Assembly: GCA_964641255.1 (NCBI GenBank)
Contig: CAZXMM010000001.1
Location: 15,757 to 79,756 of the forward strand
Length of the DNA stretch: 64,000 bases
Direction of reading: 5' to 3'
Source of the DNA: an uncultured Gammaproteobacteria bacterium
Lineage (GTDB): Bacteria; Patescibacteriota; Microgenomatia; JAMCZE01
Part shown: one piece after another, positions 8,213 through 17,604 of the stretch
Layout: every line of letters starts with the position of its first letter
How positions within the stretch are numbered: position 1 is the stretch's first letter
Translations under genes and position numbers: made by a program
Notes under the pieces: model-generated
Told to the model about the DNA's origin: nothing
The model's input: only the letters and a program-made list of their open reading frames with translations
The model's database searches: none

Positions 8213-10149
8213 TTTGCTGATTTTTTACTTTTTACCATTTCCTTTTTATTACTATTCACCTTAGCATGACCCATCAGTCTTTCAAACTCGTCTCCTTCCA
8301 TTGTCTCGGTCCGAACTAATTCCAGAGCTAGGGTATCCATAAGTTTGGCGTTTTTAGTCAAAATGGCCTTAGCTAACTCATAACCCTCGTCGATAAAAGC
8401 CTTAACGGCCGCATCAATTCTCCCCATCATTTCATTAGATAAGGGCTGGGCCTCTGAATAGCTCTTACCCATATAGCTGTGCTGTTCGGCTGATAGATTG
8501 ATTGGTCCCAGGCTAGACATCCCGTATTCCATGACCATATCCCGGGCAATTGCGGTGGCTTTGGCAATGTCACTTGAGGCCCCAGTACTAAATTCACTAA
8601 AGACTAACTCCTCTGCTGCTCGTCCCCCCATCATGGCGGCAATTTGCTCCACCAGGTGTGATTTGGTTTCATTTAGCCGGTCACTACTTGGGGGAATCAA
8701 AGTATGACCCAGGGTCATCCCCCGAGACACAATACTGATGCGGTGGACCGGATCCATGTGGGGCAGTTCGTGGGTAACAATAGCGTGACCCAGTTCGTGA
8801 TAAGCCGTAATTTTTTTATCTTCCTCAGACTGGAGGCGTTTTTTTTGTGGTCCCAACTTAACTTTAGTGGCAGCTTCCTCAATGTCCTTCATGGAAATTT
8901 TAGTGCCATTACGCCGCGCCGCCTCAATAGCCGCTTCGTTAAGCATATTTTCTAGATCCGCCCCAGAAAAACCGACCGTTCGCTTGGCCACCTTGTCCCA
9001 ATCAACACCATCCTCAAACGGCTTATTTTTCTTATGCACTTGTAAAATCGCCAGTCGGCCTTCTTTATCGGGTAAATCTAGGGAGACCCGACGATCAAAT
9101 CGGCCAGGACGAAGTAAGGCGGGATCAAGCAAATCTCCCCTGTTAGTTGCGGCCATCACTATCACCGACTCATTGGGTTCAAAACCGTCCATCTCAATGA
9201 GTATTTGATTTAAGGTTTGCTCCCTCTCATCGTGTCCCCCCATCGCCCCCAAGGATCTGGTGCGACCAATCGCGTCAATTTCGTCAATAAAAATGATGGC
9301 GGGCTTACTTTTTTTTGCCTGAGAGAAAAGATCACGGGCTCTGGATGCCCCGACACCTACGAGCATTTCCATAAACTCTGACCCCGCCATGGAAAAAAAT
9401 GGCACCCCGGCTTCACCCGCTACCGCTTTAGCCAGGAGTGTCTTCCCCACTCCACTGGGGCCAAGAAGGAGCACCCCCTTGGGTGTTCTAGCTCCCAAAG
9501 CCGCATATTTCTTGGGATTTTTAAGGAAGTCGACAATTTCCTCTAGCTCTTTTTTAGCCTCATCCACTCCCGCCACGTCTTTAAAAGTAACTTGGGGGCG
9601 ATCGGGATTATGCAGTTTGGCCGGGCTTTGACCAAAAGAAAAGATAGAATTACTGCCGCCCATCTGTCTTCGGTAGAGCCAAACAATGAGGACAAAGAAG
9701 AGTAAAATTGGGCCAAAATTTAAGAGAGCACTCAGTAGCAGGTTTTTAGAAATATCGTCTTTGTTGATAATACTAATCTCTTTGGGGTCTAAACCGAGCT
9801 GGTCCTTAGAGTAAAGGGTTTGAGACAGGTTTTGAGTTGGTTCTTTTTGTGACGTAACACTTGAACCGTTTTTATACTTAACTGTTAAGTCGTTCTCCGA
9901 CACGGTAATGGTTTGAATCTTACCGTCTTTGGCGTCAGTTAAGATTTGCGAGATAGGTTTTTTCTCCAGTGGTTTTTGTGATCCCAGTAAACTACTGATA
10001 GTTAGCAGGATAAAAAAACCAACGACGAGGTAGAGGATGATGTCTCGTATGCCGAAGCGCATCTCCAGTTTAAACCCCCGCGGCCCCTTGCCGTTTTTTT
10101 GGGGAGTCTTGAGATTTTTATTCTGGGTGGGAAATTTTGGTAAATCCAT
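8209..10149 (-). CDS. ftsH: ATP-dependent zinc metalloprotease FtsH
   Basis: Two TM helices, [27 protein letters not shown]. Confidence 0.97.
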   Translation of the reverse strand: MDLPKFPTQNKNLKTPQKNGKGPRGFKLEMRFGIRDIILYLVVGFFILLTISSLLGSQKPLEKKPISQILTDAKDGKIQTITVSENDLTVKYKNGSSVTSQKEPTQNLSQTLYSKDQLGLDPKEISIINKDDISKNLLLSALLNFGPILLFFVLIVWLYRRQMGGSNSIFSFGQSPAKLHNPDRPQVTFKDVAGVDEAKKELEEIVDFLKNPKKYAALGARTPKGVLLLGPSGVGKTLLAKAVAGEAGVPFFSMAGSEFMEMLVGVGASRARDLFSQAKKSKPAIIFIDEIDAIGRTRSLGAMGGHDEREQTLNQILIEMDGFEPNESVIVMAATNRGDLLDPALLRPGRFDRRVSLDLPDKEGRLAILQVHKKNKPFEDGVDWDKVAKRTVGFSGADLENMLNEAAIEAARRNGTKISMKDIEEAATKVKLGPQKKRLQSEEDKKITAYHELGHAIVTHELPHMDPVHRISIVSRGMTLGHTLIPPSSDRLNETKSHLVEQIAAMMGGRAAEELVFSEFSTGASSDIAKATAIARDMVMEYGMSSLGPINLSAEQHSYMGKSYSEAQPLSNEMMGRIDAAVKAFIDEGYELAKAILTKNAKLMDTLALELVRTETMEGDEFERLMGHAKVNSNKKEMVKSKKSAK

Positions 10150-10497
10150 TTAATGTACTACCTCTCCGGGTAAAATCTCCTTATCAAAAGTATAAAGAAC
10201 CGCTTCGTCTGTTCCCGAAGCCAGCAGCATCCCCCGACTTTCATAGCTAACACCGGCAATTTTAAAATGCTTCGGAGCCAAATTTACCACAAATATCAAC
10301 CTTCTACCAACCAGGCTTTCTGGTTCGTACCACTGGCTGATTCCCGAATAGATAGTTTTTTTTGAAGTTTCGCTGCCAAAATCGACGGTGAGTTCTAGAA
10401 GTTTTTCGCTGCCAGGAACGAGACTAGCTTTAATTACCATTCCCACGCGAAGATCCAATTTTTTAAAATCGTCAAGGGAAATTTCCGGTTTTTCCAT
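10150..10497 (-). CDS. tRNA-binding OB-fold protein (MetRS C-terminal/Trbp111/CsaA-like)
   Basis: ISLDDFKKLDLRVG, NLAPK, SRGMLLA. Confidence 0.88.
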   Translation of the reverse strand: MEKPEISLDDFKKLDLRVGMVIKASLVPGSEKLLELTVDFGSETSKKTIYSGISQWYEPESLVGRRLIFVVNLAPKHFKIAGVSYESRGMLLASGTDEAVLYTFDKEILPGEVVH

Positions 10498-10541
10498 CAG
10501 TGGATTCTACCATGTTTGGTCCCTAAGATCTGGGAGAAAAC

Positions 10542-11087
10542 CTAGGCAAAGAAAGATATATCGGGGTCCAGGGGATGGTAACCGAGTATTTCTAGCCCTC
10601 TATAAAGAAGGTTCGCCTTGGTGGGTTCGATTGATTCGGCCAAACTAATTAGCTTGGCTAGGGTCAACCAATAACAGTTAACAATGGTGGGCGAAGAAAA
10701 AGATTTAAGTTGACCACCATCCAGCTCCGCCCCAAAGACCAGATAGTCTTTGCCCAGAGCAAAGCCGTCTCTTTTTGGACGACCCAGCAAATATGGGAGT
10801 CGCTCGTGAAAGAGAAAGCGAATTTTACTCACGTTAAATATCCCCGCTTCTTCCCAAACCTTCCGCCTCACCGCCTCAGTCGCCGTCTCCGCCGGCCGAA
10901 TTCGTCCCTGAACACAATAGTCGTAGCCATAGCGGTCGTGAACCAAGAGAAACTCGGGTTCTTTATTAACGGGGTCATACCGAGCTACCAGACAGACGGC
11001 CACCGGTGAGTAAAGTTTCTCCTGATGGTCTTCCCGAATTATTTCCCCAATCCGGTGGTTTAAAAAGGCTTCTTGGATAGCGGTCAT
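10542..11087 (-). CDS. NUDIX-like domain protein (degenerate box)
   Basis: QGRIRPAETATEAVRRKVWEEAG. Confidence 0.65.
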   Translation of the reverse strand: MTAIQEAFLNHRIGEIIREDHQEKLYSPVAVCLVARYDPVNKEPEFLLVHDRYGYDYCVQGRIRPAETATEAVRRKVWEEAGIFNVSKIRFLFHERLPYLLGRPKRDGFALGKDYLVFGAELDGGQLKSFSSPTIVNCYWLTLAKLISLAESIEPTKANLLYRGLEILGYHPLDPDISFFA

Positions 11088-11201
11088 GGCAACTATTATT
11101 CCTTGCCATCCCTACCACTGCTTGAGGGGAATATGACCAAAAGGTAGCAACGTAAGAACAATTAACTAATCACAACCTGAAGTTTTCTAGTCAGACAGAA
11201 C

Positions 11202-12203
11202 TCAGAAGTGGTAATCCATCTTCATGGCTTGCCGAACTTTTTCCAGAGTTTTTTGGGTTTCCAGGCGAGTTACCCTAGTGCCTTCTTTCAAAATATCTCT
11301 GACTTCATCAAGGTGAGTCTCGTAGTAGCTGCGGCGCTCTCTAATGGGATCAAGAAAAGTGTTCAACACTTTCGCCAGCTTGTCTTTAACTTCGACATCG
11401 CCGACCGTCCCCTTGCGGTAGCGGTCTTTGAGTTCCGCCACCTCCATAGCATCGGGATTAAAGATTTCGTGGTAAATAAAGACAGGGTTTCCTTCTACCC
11501 TGCCCGGGTCAGTAGGGTGGATGCGGTGGGGATCGGTGTACATTTTTTTGACTGTTTCCTTCACTTCTTGTTCGCTAGCGGAGAGCATGATGGTGTTACC
11601 CAGACTTTTGCCCATCTTGGGGTTGCCGTCGGTACCGATGAGTTTACCTATAGACCCCACAAGGGCCTCAGGCCTAACCAAAACTTCACCGTACAAGGAA
11701 TTAAACTTATCCACGATTTCTCGGGTTTGTTCGATATGCGCTACTTGGTCTTTGCCCACCGGGACCAAGTGGGCTCCCACACAGGTAATATCGGCCGCTT
11801 GAAAGATGGGATAATTGACAAATCCCAGAGAGAACTGTTCCCCTAGCCCTTTCATAACAATTTCATCTTTGACTGTAGGATTGCGCATAGCCCTGGCGTG
11901 GGACACGAGCATGGAATAAATTGCGGCTAGTTCATAGATTTCCGGGACTTGTGATTCGACAAAAATGTGCACTTTTTTGGGATCAAGACCCACCGCCAGA
12001 TTATCAATAGCAACCTCGAGTGTGGATTCACGAACTTTATCTGGGTACTCAGACAGGGTCGTAAAGGCGTGCAAATCAGCCAGGATAATAAACTCTTCAT
12101 ATTCATCTTGAAGTTTAACCCGATTTTCCAAAGTTCCCACAAAGTGCCCAACGTGCAATTTGCCCGTAGGGGTGTCGCCAGTGAGAATGCGCTTCTTATT
12201 CAT
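11202..12203 (-). CDS. trpS: Tryptophan--tRNA ligase
   Basis: TGDTPTGKLHVGH, YPIFQAADI, VPVGKDQ, KMGKSLGN. Confidence 0.97.
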   Translation of the reverse strand: MNKKRILTGDTPTGKLHVGHFVGTLENRVKLQDEYEEFIILADLHAFTTLSEYPDKVRESTLEVAIDNLAVGLDPKKVHIFVESQVPEIYELAAIYSMLVSHARAMRNPTVKDEIVMKGLGEQFSLGFVNYPIFQAADITCVGAHLVPVGKDQVAHIEQTREIVDKFNSLYGEVLVRPEALVGSIGKLIGTDGNPKMGKSLGNTIMLSASEQEVKETVKKMYTDPHRIHPTDPGRVEGNPVFIYHEIFNPDAMEVAELKDRYRKGTVGDVEVKDKLAKVLNTFLDPIRERRSYYETHLDEVRDILKEGTRVTRLETQKTLEKVRQAMKMDYHF

Positions 12204-12227
12204 AAAACCATTGTATAGCTAATTAAC

Positions 12228-12380
12228 AAACAAAAAAGCCCTTGGAAAGTCTGAAAACTTCAAACTTTTCAAGGGCCCTCTCGGGGGTGCCACCCTCATC
12301 TGTCAATCCATACGGAATTGACCTTAATTATTTTCTCCCCTCCCCGGTTCCATCCCTCCGGATCAACAGGTTTATTAAGA
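12228..12380 (-). promoter_or_regulatory. T-box riboswitch leader with intrinsic terminator upstream of trpS
   Basis: Minus-strand AGGGTGGCACC T-box (12286-12296), then GCCCTTG...CAAGGGC-TTTTTT terminator; UGG specifier candidate at 12350-12352; TATAAT at 12388-12393. Confidence 0.8.
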
Positions 12381-12404
12381 CGAAATTATTATACTAAAAC
12401 CTGC

Positions 12405-12740
12405 CTATTTAGCAATGAGGTGAAGAAACGAGCTAACTAGGGAGAGAACCAGACTAAAGGCCAGAGCCCACCAAAAATTGGCTACTGTAAATCCGGGAAC
12501 TACACTGCCAACCAGCCACACTACGGCTGCATTGATAACAAAAAGGAAGAGTCCCAGGGTTAAGACGGTGATCGGCAGCGTCAAAATGACTAAGATTGGC
12601 TTTAAAAAAACGTTAACTGCTCCTAAAACAACCGCCACAATAACAGCGGTCATAAAATCCGCCACCCGGACACCCGGAAGCACGTAGGCGGTAATAAACA
12701 CCGCTAGTCCTGACACCAGAAGATTAACAATTAATTTCAT
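12405..12740 (-). CDS. Phage-holin-like membrane protein (YvlD/DUF360 type)
   Basis: KPILVILTLPITVLTLGLFLFVINA, VPGF...FWWAL. Confidence 0.88.
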   Translation of the reverse strand: MKLIVNLLVSGLAVFITAYVLPGVRVADFMTAVIVAVVLGAVNVFLKPILVILTLPITVLTLGLFLFVINAAVVWLVGSVVPGFTVANFWWALAFSLVLSLVSSFLHLIAK

Positions 12741-12755
12741 AAATTTAAAAGCACT

Positions 12756-13343
12756 CTAAAAGCTTTTTTGCTCAATTACTCCCCTAACCACTGCCCCCAC
12801 CACTTTACCCGACTGGTCTTTGACCGGAATAATTACCTCTTTATTATCAAAAAGATAGGTATAGTCGTCCCAAGTCAGTCTTTCCACTTTACCCTCTAGT
12901 AAATCTTTAACTTTTTGCTCGGGCTCACCCAATGAGGCCGATCCCATCTCCCCCGACAGACGAAGGTAACCTACTTCCCGCCCCTTCTTACTGCTAAAGA
13001 AAAAGGCCGTCGAGCTCCAGTCAACTAAATCGTGGCTGAGCTCACTGGTAATCCGGTCAGCAAGAGTCTGGTCTTGGTAACAGTCACTGTTGTAATTAAC
13101 GCTATAGTAATTATTATGAAAAGCACAAAAATCATATTGGGCCGAAGCACTGGCTAAAATTGCCAGTAGAGCTGGTCTATTTTTAGCAATATAGGCCTCG
13201 GTTTCAGTAGCGTAGCGTTGGTAGACTCGCTCCTGTCGCTGCTTACTAAGGAGAGTTAACACACCAATGGCCACAGCCAAAAAAAGCGTAAATCCCATTA
13301 ACCACAGTAGCGGTTTGCCAAAATGCAGAGATTTATCCCTCAT
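12756..13343 (-). CDS. Membrane-anchored hypothetical protein (possible Cache-like sensor domain)
   Basis: N-terminal TM; C-terminal IPVKDQSGKVVGAV. Confidence 0.6.
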   Translation of the reverse strand: MRDKSLHFGKPLLWLMGFTLFLAVAIGVLTLLSKQRQERVYQRYATETEAYIAKNRPALLAILASASAQYDFCAFHNNYYSVNYNSDCYQDQTLADRITSELSHDLVDWSSTAFFFSSKKGREVGYLRLSGEMGSASLGEPEQKVKDLLEGKVERLTWDDYTYLFDNKEVIIPVKDQSGKVVGAVVRGVIEQKSF

Positions 13344-13600
13344 TGGTGCTTTTTCTCAGTCAACAAATCAGAATTAATCGCCAGGATACTAAGATTGAGC
13401 ATGATGTTAACTAGCACCGAGGACACAATAATCGTCAGCATCGACACTAGTACAAAACCAAGTACCTTTTCAATATCCGGAGTAAAAATATCCCAACTAA
13501 AAAATTGGTCGGCCATAAACAAAATGGCCCCAATAGTCAAAAAGAGCAGGAGAAACACTGCCAGAGAAGCCGTCAGTCGTTCCAGTTTGCGTCTATCCAT
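13340..13600 (-). CDS. Small two-TM membrane protein
   Basis: Two hydrophobic helices; ATGA overlap with next gene. Confidence 0.65.
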   Translation of the reverse strand: MDRRKLERLTASLAVFLLLFLTIGAILFMADQFFSWDIFTPDIEKVLGFVLVSMLTIIVSSVLVNIMLNLSILAINSDLLTEKKHQ

Positions 13601-13698
13601 GTAAGTAGCATTATATCAACTGGTTGCAAACCGAGTCCAGATTCTAGATTGGCTCTAGGCTCTCACGATTAAATCCTCTCCCGTTTCGCTACGGGCGA

Positions 13699-13727
13699 TT
13701 GACACTGAGCACAAAAAAAACTAAAAT
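13699..13727 (+). promoter_or_regulatory. sigma70 promoter of the tRNA gene
   Basis: TTGACA-17bp-TAAAAT, 12 nt upstream of the tRNA 5' end. Confidence 0.8.
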
Positions 13728-13739
13728 TGCTCATAGCAA

Positions 13740-14012
13740 CGCGGGGTAGTGTAAAGTTGCATGTCAGGCTAGTAGAAGTGGGCCCTATGAGGAGTAATCT
13801 TCATAAGAAAATTTGGCTATATCGGTGGACAACCTCAATGTAAGTTGGGGTCAATACCGAGGGAACCCAAGAAGACATTCTTGGGACTCCGTAGAGACTA
13901 AACGCCAAGCTCCCGCACTAAGTTAGTGCAGGATGATGATATAGTCCTACCCTTACAGTAATGTAAGAAGGTGCATAATCTGACGGTCCCAGTGCGATTC
14001 TGGGCCCCGCAA
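13740..14012 (+). tRNA. tRNA-Met(CAU), initiator-like, split by a group I intron (exons 13740-13770 and 13974-14012)
   Basis: Acceptor CGCGGGG/CCCCGCA+A with C1xA72; spliced anticodon arm TCAGG-CT^CATAA-TCTGA; T arm CCCAG-TGCGATT-CTGGG. Confidence 0.88.
13771..13973 (+). ncRNA. Group I self-splicing intron (203 nt, no ORF) in the anticodon loop after U33
   Basis: 5' exon ends in U, intron ends in omega-G; core strands GTAGAGACTA and GATATAGTCC; IGS GTGGGCC pairs with exon GGCT and CAT. Confidence 0.9.
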
Positions 14013-15725
14013 CAAAGTAGGAACAGCCGAGACAAACTCGGCTGTTTTTGTTACATCGACGGTCTCCTCATTAGGTACAATCCTTTTCCCAATAATTGGA
14101 ACCTGCTTTTTCATCTCGACAATCTTTTCAAAGTAAAACGGACTGTCAAAATCAACTGTTTTATCTTGGAGGGTTAGGTGCAATCCACTTAACCCAATAA
14201 AGATATCGCGTTTGACTTTCGGATCAGTGGTTATGGCGAATGTCTTGCGAGCCTGGGCAGCAAAAGAAATAACTTTAACAGTTTCGTCATTGGCTTGGAT
14301 CATTCGCTCGTCAATGTTGCCGATTTGTTTTTCCACCACTTTAATTCCCGCTTCAAGTTCGAGCTTTCTTATTTTGAATTCCTCGTCACTTAACAAACTA
14401 CCATCAGTATTGGCTGGTGAGATCTTGAGAGCTACCAAGTTGTCTAGTCGCTTCCTAGAGTCATCGTAGGCTTTCTTAGTGGCATCGATAGTAGTCTCCC
14501 GAAACTGTTTCTCTTCCTCCTGCATTAAGCGAAGTTGGTCAATGGCCCATTCGAGAAAAAGGGGACTAAGCTCTATCTCTGCTAATCGCTGGTCAGTCTG
14601 CCGTTCCAATTCTTTGTCGCTGATGGAAAGCTCTTTGCAAAGTTTGCTTTTCTTGCGGCCACAACGGTTGTAAACGTAGTAGCGCATGGTCGGGTTAGTC
14701 ATGTCCTTAATGAAAGTGTCGCAGTGGGGACAATGATCTTGAACCTTTTTCGTGAGTTGAAATTTAGTCCGACAGTTAGTGCAGACTACTTGCCATTTTC
14801 CGTCTGTTACAACACCGGATGCACAAAAACCACACTTCATAGTGTGGGCATAGGTGTAGTTATGCTTGGTCTTGTACTGACTGACCTTCCCAAGTTTTAT
14901 TTGAACTTGCTCAAATACTTCAGGACTTATAGCCCGTTCAAGAGTAGGATTACTTTCAAACCAGTTGCCGCTTCCCACGGGATATTCAAACTTACCGCTA
15001 TAGAAAGGATTATTAAGAATCATATAAACTTCACTGAGGCAAAGTGGCCTTCCGCCAATCCTTTTCTTTTGTGGAGTAGTGAGGTGCCACTCTTCCTGGC
15101 TAAGCCGAAGGATTTCTGTTACCGGAGTGCCACTCAAAAAGAGCTCGAAGACTTTCTTTACAAACGGGAAGCGTTCCGGATCGAGGTATATCCGGCGTAG
15201 ACCACTCTCCGTGCCTTTGTCGTTAAGGTAACCTAGCGGCGCCCAGCCGGGCCGCCAGCCCTCTCGACATTTTTTCTCTAGTCCTCGTGAGACCACGATA
15301 CTCTTGTCATCACTATCCTTCTTAGAATTAGCAAACTCGACAGAAAGCATCCACTTGTCTTCCGGGGTATTTCGATAAATCCGGCTTGGTGTCCTGATTT
15401 CAATTAGCTTGCCCATATCCATAAGGTTAATGACGTCTCCTCCGTCTGACATGTTTCTTGCCAAGCGGTTGGCGTGCCAAGTGGCTATAGCATTAGCTTT
15501 ACCGGTGTCAATGAGGGAGAGCATTTCGCTAAATTTTTCTCTCTGTCGAGGTATGTGGGCAGATTTGCTTTCCTGAAGAATGTCGATTATTGTAAGTCCT
15601 TGTTTAGATTTTAAGCCCTCAAGAATAAAGAGTTGGTCCGGCAACGAAGCCGCCTGTCTTTCCTTATTATCTTCCGAGCTCTTTCGTGCGTAGCCAATAT
15701 ATTTTAGAGTAACTTGAGTGTCCAT
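13953..15725 (-). CDS. Large serine recombinase (resolvase, recombinase, zinc-ribbon and coiled-coil domains)
   Basis: YARKSSED catalytic Ser, ESKSA..R, RLARN, GWAPLGY, NPFYSG, CxxC pairs; 3' end runs antisense through the tRNA 3' exon. Confidence 0.93.
   Translation of the reverse strand: MDTQVTLKYIGYARKSSEDNKERQAASLPDQLFILEGLKSKQGLTIIDILQESKSAHIPRQREKFSEMLSLIDTGKANAIATWHANRLARNMSDGGDVINLMDMGKLIEIRTPSRIYRNTPEDKWMLSVEFANSKKDSDDKSIVVSRGLEKKCREGWRPGWAPLGYLNDKGTESGLRRIYLDPERFPFVKKVFELFLSGTPVTEILRLSQEEWHLTTPQKKRIGGRPLCLSEVYMILNNPFYSGKFEYPVGSGNWFESNPTLERAISPEVFEQVQIKLGKVSQYKTKHNYTYAHTMKCGFCASGVVTDGKWQVVCTNCRTKFQLTKKVQDHCPHCDTFIKDMTNPTMRYYVYNRCGRKKSKLCKELSISDKELERQTDQRLAEIELSPLFLEWAIDQLRLMQEEEKQFRETTIDATKKAYDDSRKRLDNLVALKISPANTDGSLLSDEEFKIRKLELEAGIKVVEKQIGNIDERMIQANDETVKVISFAAQARKTFAITTDPKVKRDIFIGLSGLHLTLQDKTVDFDSPFYFEKIVEMKKQVPIIGKRIVPNEETVDVTKTAEFVSAVPTLLRGPESHWDRQIMHLLTLL
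14022..14049 (+). terminator. Intrinsic terminator after the tRNA (inside the recombinase antisense strand)
   Basis: AACAGCCGAG-ACAAA-CTCGGCTGTT followed by T run. Confidence 0.75.
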
Positions 15726-15846
15726 AATAATGCCCCCGCCGGTTGTAGTCAGAACGGTGAAGTCCTGTCCGACGAGGGCATTAAAAAACTCCACCGAAAG
15801 TTCTGACTACACTTTAATTATTTAGCTGTTCTTTATGATTGTCAAA

Positions 15847-15996
15847 TTAAGATTTTTTACCATTACCATAGATTGCTTTAACAATCCAGATAAGCCTTCT
15901 TGAGTATTCGTGAGCTTCTTGTTCGGTCAATATGACTCCATATTCCTCGAAATACAGTTTCTTAAATTTCTCTATAGCTTGTTGAGACAATCGCAT
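15847..15996 (-). CDS. 49-aa protein upstream of the recombinase (not in ORF track)
   Basis: MRLSQQAIEKFKKLYFEEYGVILTEQEAHEYSRRLIWIVKAIYGNGKKS; starts 2 nt after the preceding stop. Confidence 0.7.
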   Translation of the reverse strand: MRLSQQAIEKFKKLYFEEYGVILTEQEAHEYSRRLIWIVKAIYGNGKKS

Positions 15997-15998
15997 GT

Positions 15999-16250
15999 CT
16001 AGCCCTCTTCCCTAAAAGCATCAAAAGCCAGCATTAAGTCTTCTTCGGTTTCATACCACCCATCGTTCCAGAAATCTGACATTTCTCCGTAGCTGTCTTC
16101 ATGCTTGCCATAGGAAATCCGCAGATAGACTTTTATTGGCCCATGTTGCCAATTTATCGTGCGTATAATTTTCAAAAAACGGCGCAAAGAACCTGTTCCG
16201 ACCCTAATGACCTCCACATCGTTTTTAATGATTTTTAGTATGTACTTCAT
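15999..16250 (-). CDS. Hypothetical element protein
   Basis: 83-aa ORF, ATGA-coupled to the upstream gene. Confidence 0.7.
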   Translation of the reverse strand: MKYILKIIKNDVEVIRVGTGSLRRFLKIIRTINWQHGPIKVYLRISYGKHEDSYGEMSDFWNDGWYETEEDLMLAFDAFREEG

Positions 16251-16798
16251 GCCTTGTCGGTTGATTTACTACGATTTTTTCGTCTTCTTGGCTTTCGATG
16301 CCCGATTGCTGAAGTAAAATACTTCGCCGGATTTTCAAATGTTTTCCAACCTCCCGTAGAGCTTTTAAGCATTTCATTCAGAGTTCTATTAATTGCTCGG
16401 GGGTTGTGACGTTGGGCAATATATAACCAATGATTTGGCTTTTCGGGCCAAGGCCATTCCTTGAAGAGTTCACCTAACAGCGCGGCTACTTCCATAGGAG
16501 GGGTAAGGTAATTGCTATTTTTTAGTTTGCTGATAAGTGATAGCTTAGGCTCGGTAAACTCGAAGTTACCTTCTTGTTTACAAGTACCACTAACCAATCC
16601 ACTAACACTTCCATTCTCACTCTCAATCGCTGTGTTAATAGTTTCATAAGGTTTGCTCTTAACTGGGTGAGACTCGGCAATAGCCTCGCAAGCCAGAAGT
16701 TGATCTTCAATGGACAAGCCACAGTCGGGATCATAACGTGCCCCGTAGCTCTCGATTTTGCGGATCAATCTATTTTTGTAGGTATTCTCCCTATCCAT
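16247..16798 (-). CDS. Hypothetical protein, possibly replication-initiator-like
   Basis: C-terminal ENPAKYF followed by a basic tail; position within the element. Confidence 0.45.
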   Translation of the reverse strand: MDRENTYKNRLIRKIESYGARYDPDCGLSIEDQLLACEAIAESHPVKSKPYETINTAIESENGSVSGLVSGTCKQEGNFEFTEPKLSLISKLKNSNYLTPPMEVAALLGELFKEWPWPEKPNHWLYIAQRHNPRAINRTLNEMLKSSTGGWKTFENPAKYFTSAIGHRKPRRRKNRSKSTDKA

Positions 16799-17048
16799 AA
16801 GCAATAACAAAAAACCTGCACCGTTGGGAGCCGATGCAGGTTTTGTCTCCCAACGATAGTTTTGGGATATCCTATCGAAGGAAGTAATTGGTAGGTACTA
16901 GATAATTGGGGTAAACCCCTTGGCTACATTTGCACTGTGCGAATTGTGCTCAGAGATCCTTTGTTAAATTCCAGGAATATCTTTCCATTATCTAGATGCG
17001 GGGACGACGTCCTTATTGATATTATTTGCCAGTCTAGTACTAATCTCC

Positions 17049-17216
17049 ATGACTATTCCACTCTTATCAGCACGAGAATACCGTTTGAAATATGGAATTA
17101 GAAAAAGTACTTTTTATGACAGAGTGAGGAAAAACAAAATTGTGGCTTTCAAAGTCTCGCCGAGAAAACTTTGGTTGTTGCCCCTGTCGTATCGCATTAG
17201 CAGCATAAGTTATTAG
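17049..17216 (+). CDS. Excisionase/AlpA-like small HTH protein
   Basis: LLSAREYRLKYGIRKSTFYDRVRKNKIVAFKV. Confidence 0.55.
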   Translation: MTIPLLSAREYRLKYGIRKSTFYDRVRKNKIVAFKVSPRKLWLLPLSYRISSISY

Positions 17217-17288
17217 GCCCGATCATGTCTGGACGTCAACTAATCTTTGGATGCCCTCCCCGCCTTGCGGTTGCTCCCGGTACCGGCT

Positions 17289-17501
17289 CTACCTAAAAAG
17301 TTCGCTTACGGAGATTCTTAATGCTTTAGCCAAACTAGATATTTTCTCAAGGGAGGGATTACGCTCGCCCCGTTCGATTGCACCCATGTAGCTTCTCTCA
17401 ATACCAGCAATATGAGCGAGTGCCTCTTGGCTTGGTCCCATCTGCTTTCTTAGTTTTCTGATATTTTCGCCGAAGTTTTTCTGGACTTTCGTATTGGCCA
17501 T
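17289..17501 (-). CDS. XRE-family HTH regulator (controller-protein-like)
   Basis: FGENIRKLRK...SQEALA..AGIERSYMGAIERGERNPSL. Confidence 0.9.
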   Translation of the reverse strand: MANTKVQKNFGENIRKLRKQMGPSQEALAHIAGIERSYMGAIERGERNPSLEKISSLAKALRISVSELFR

Positions 17502-17604
17502 ATTGACCAATTGTCGACACCAGTGCTACTATGAGTCCACGTGATATATCACTCAGTAATGAGTGATTAGCTCGTAACAGGGCTATCTTAGATGGAGATG
17601 TAAT

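Noticed and set aside
11208-11846. Long antisense ORFs (e.g. 11208-11846, 45351-46061, 14724-15200)
   Set aside because: Shadows of well-supported genes on the opposite strand, with no recognisable motifs.
12405-12740. Prophage implied by the holin-like gene
   Set aside because: This family is commonly chromosomal and no phage structural genes are present.
17502-17570. C-box and restriction-modification operon at the XRE gene
   Set aside because: Palindromes are present (GTGATATATCAC) but no methyltransferase or nuclease was recognised nearby.
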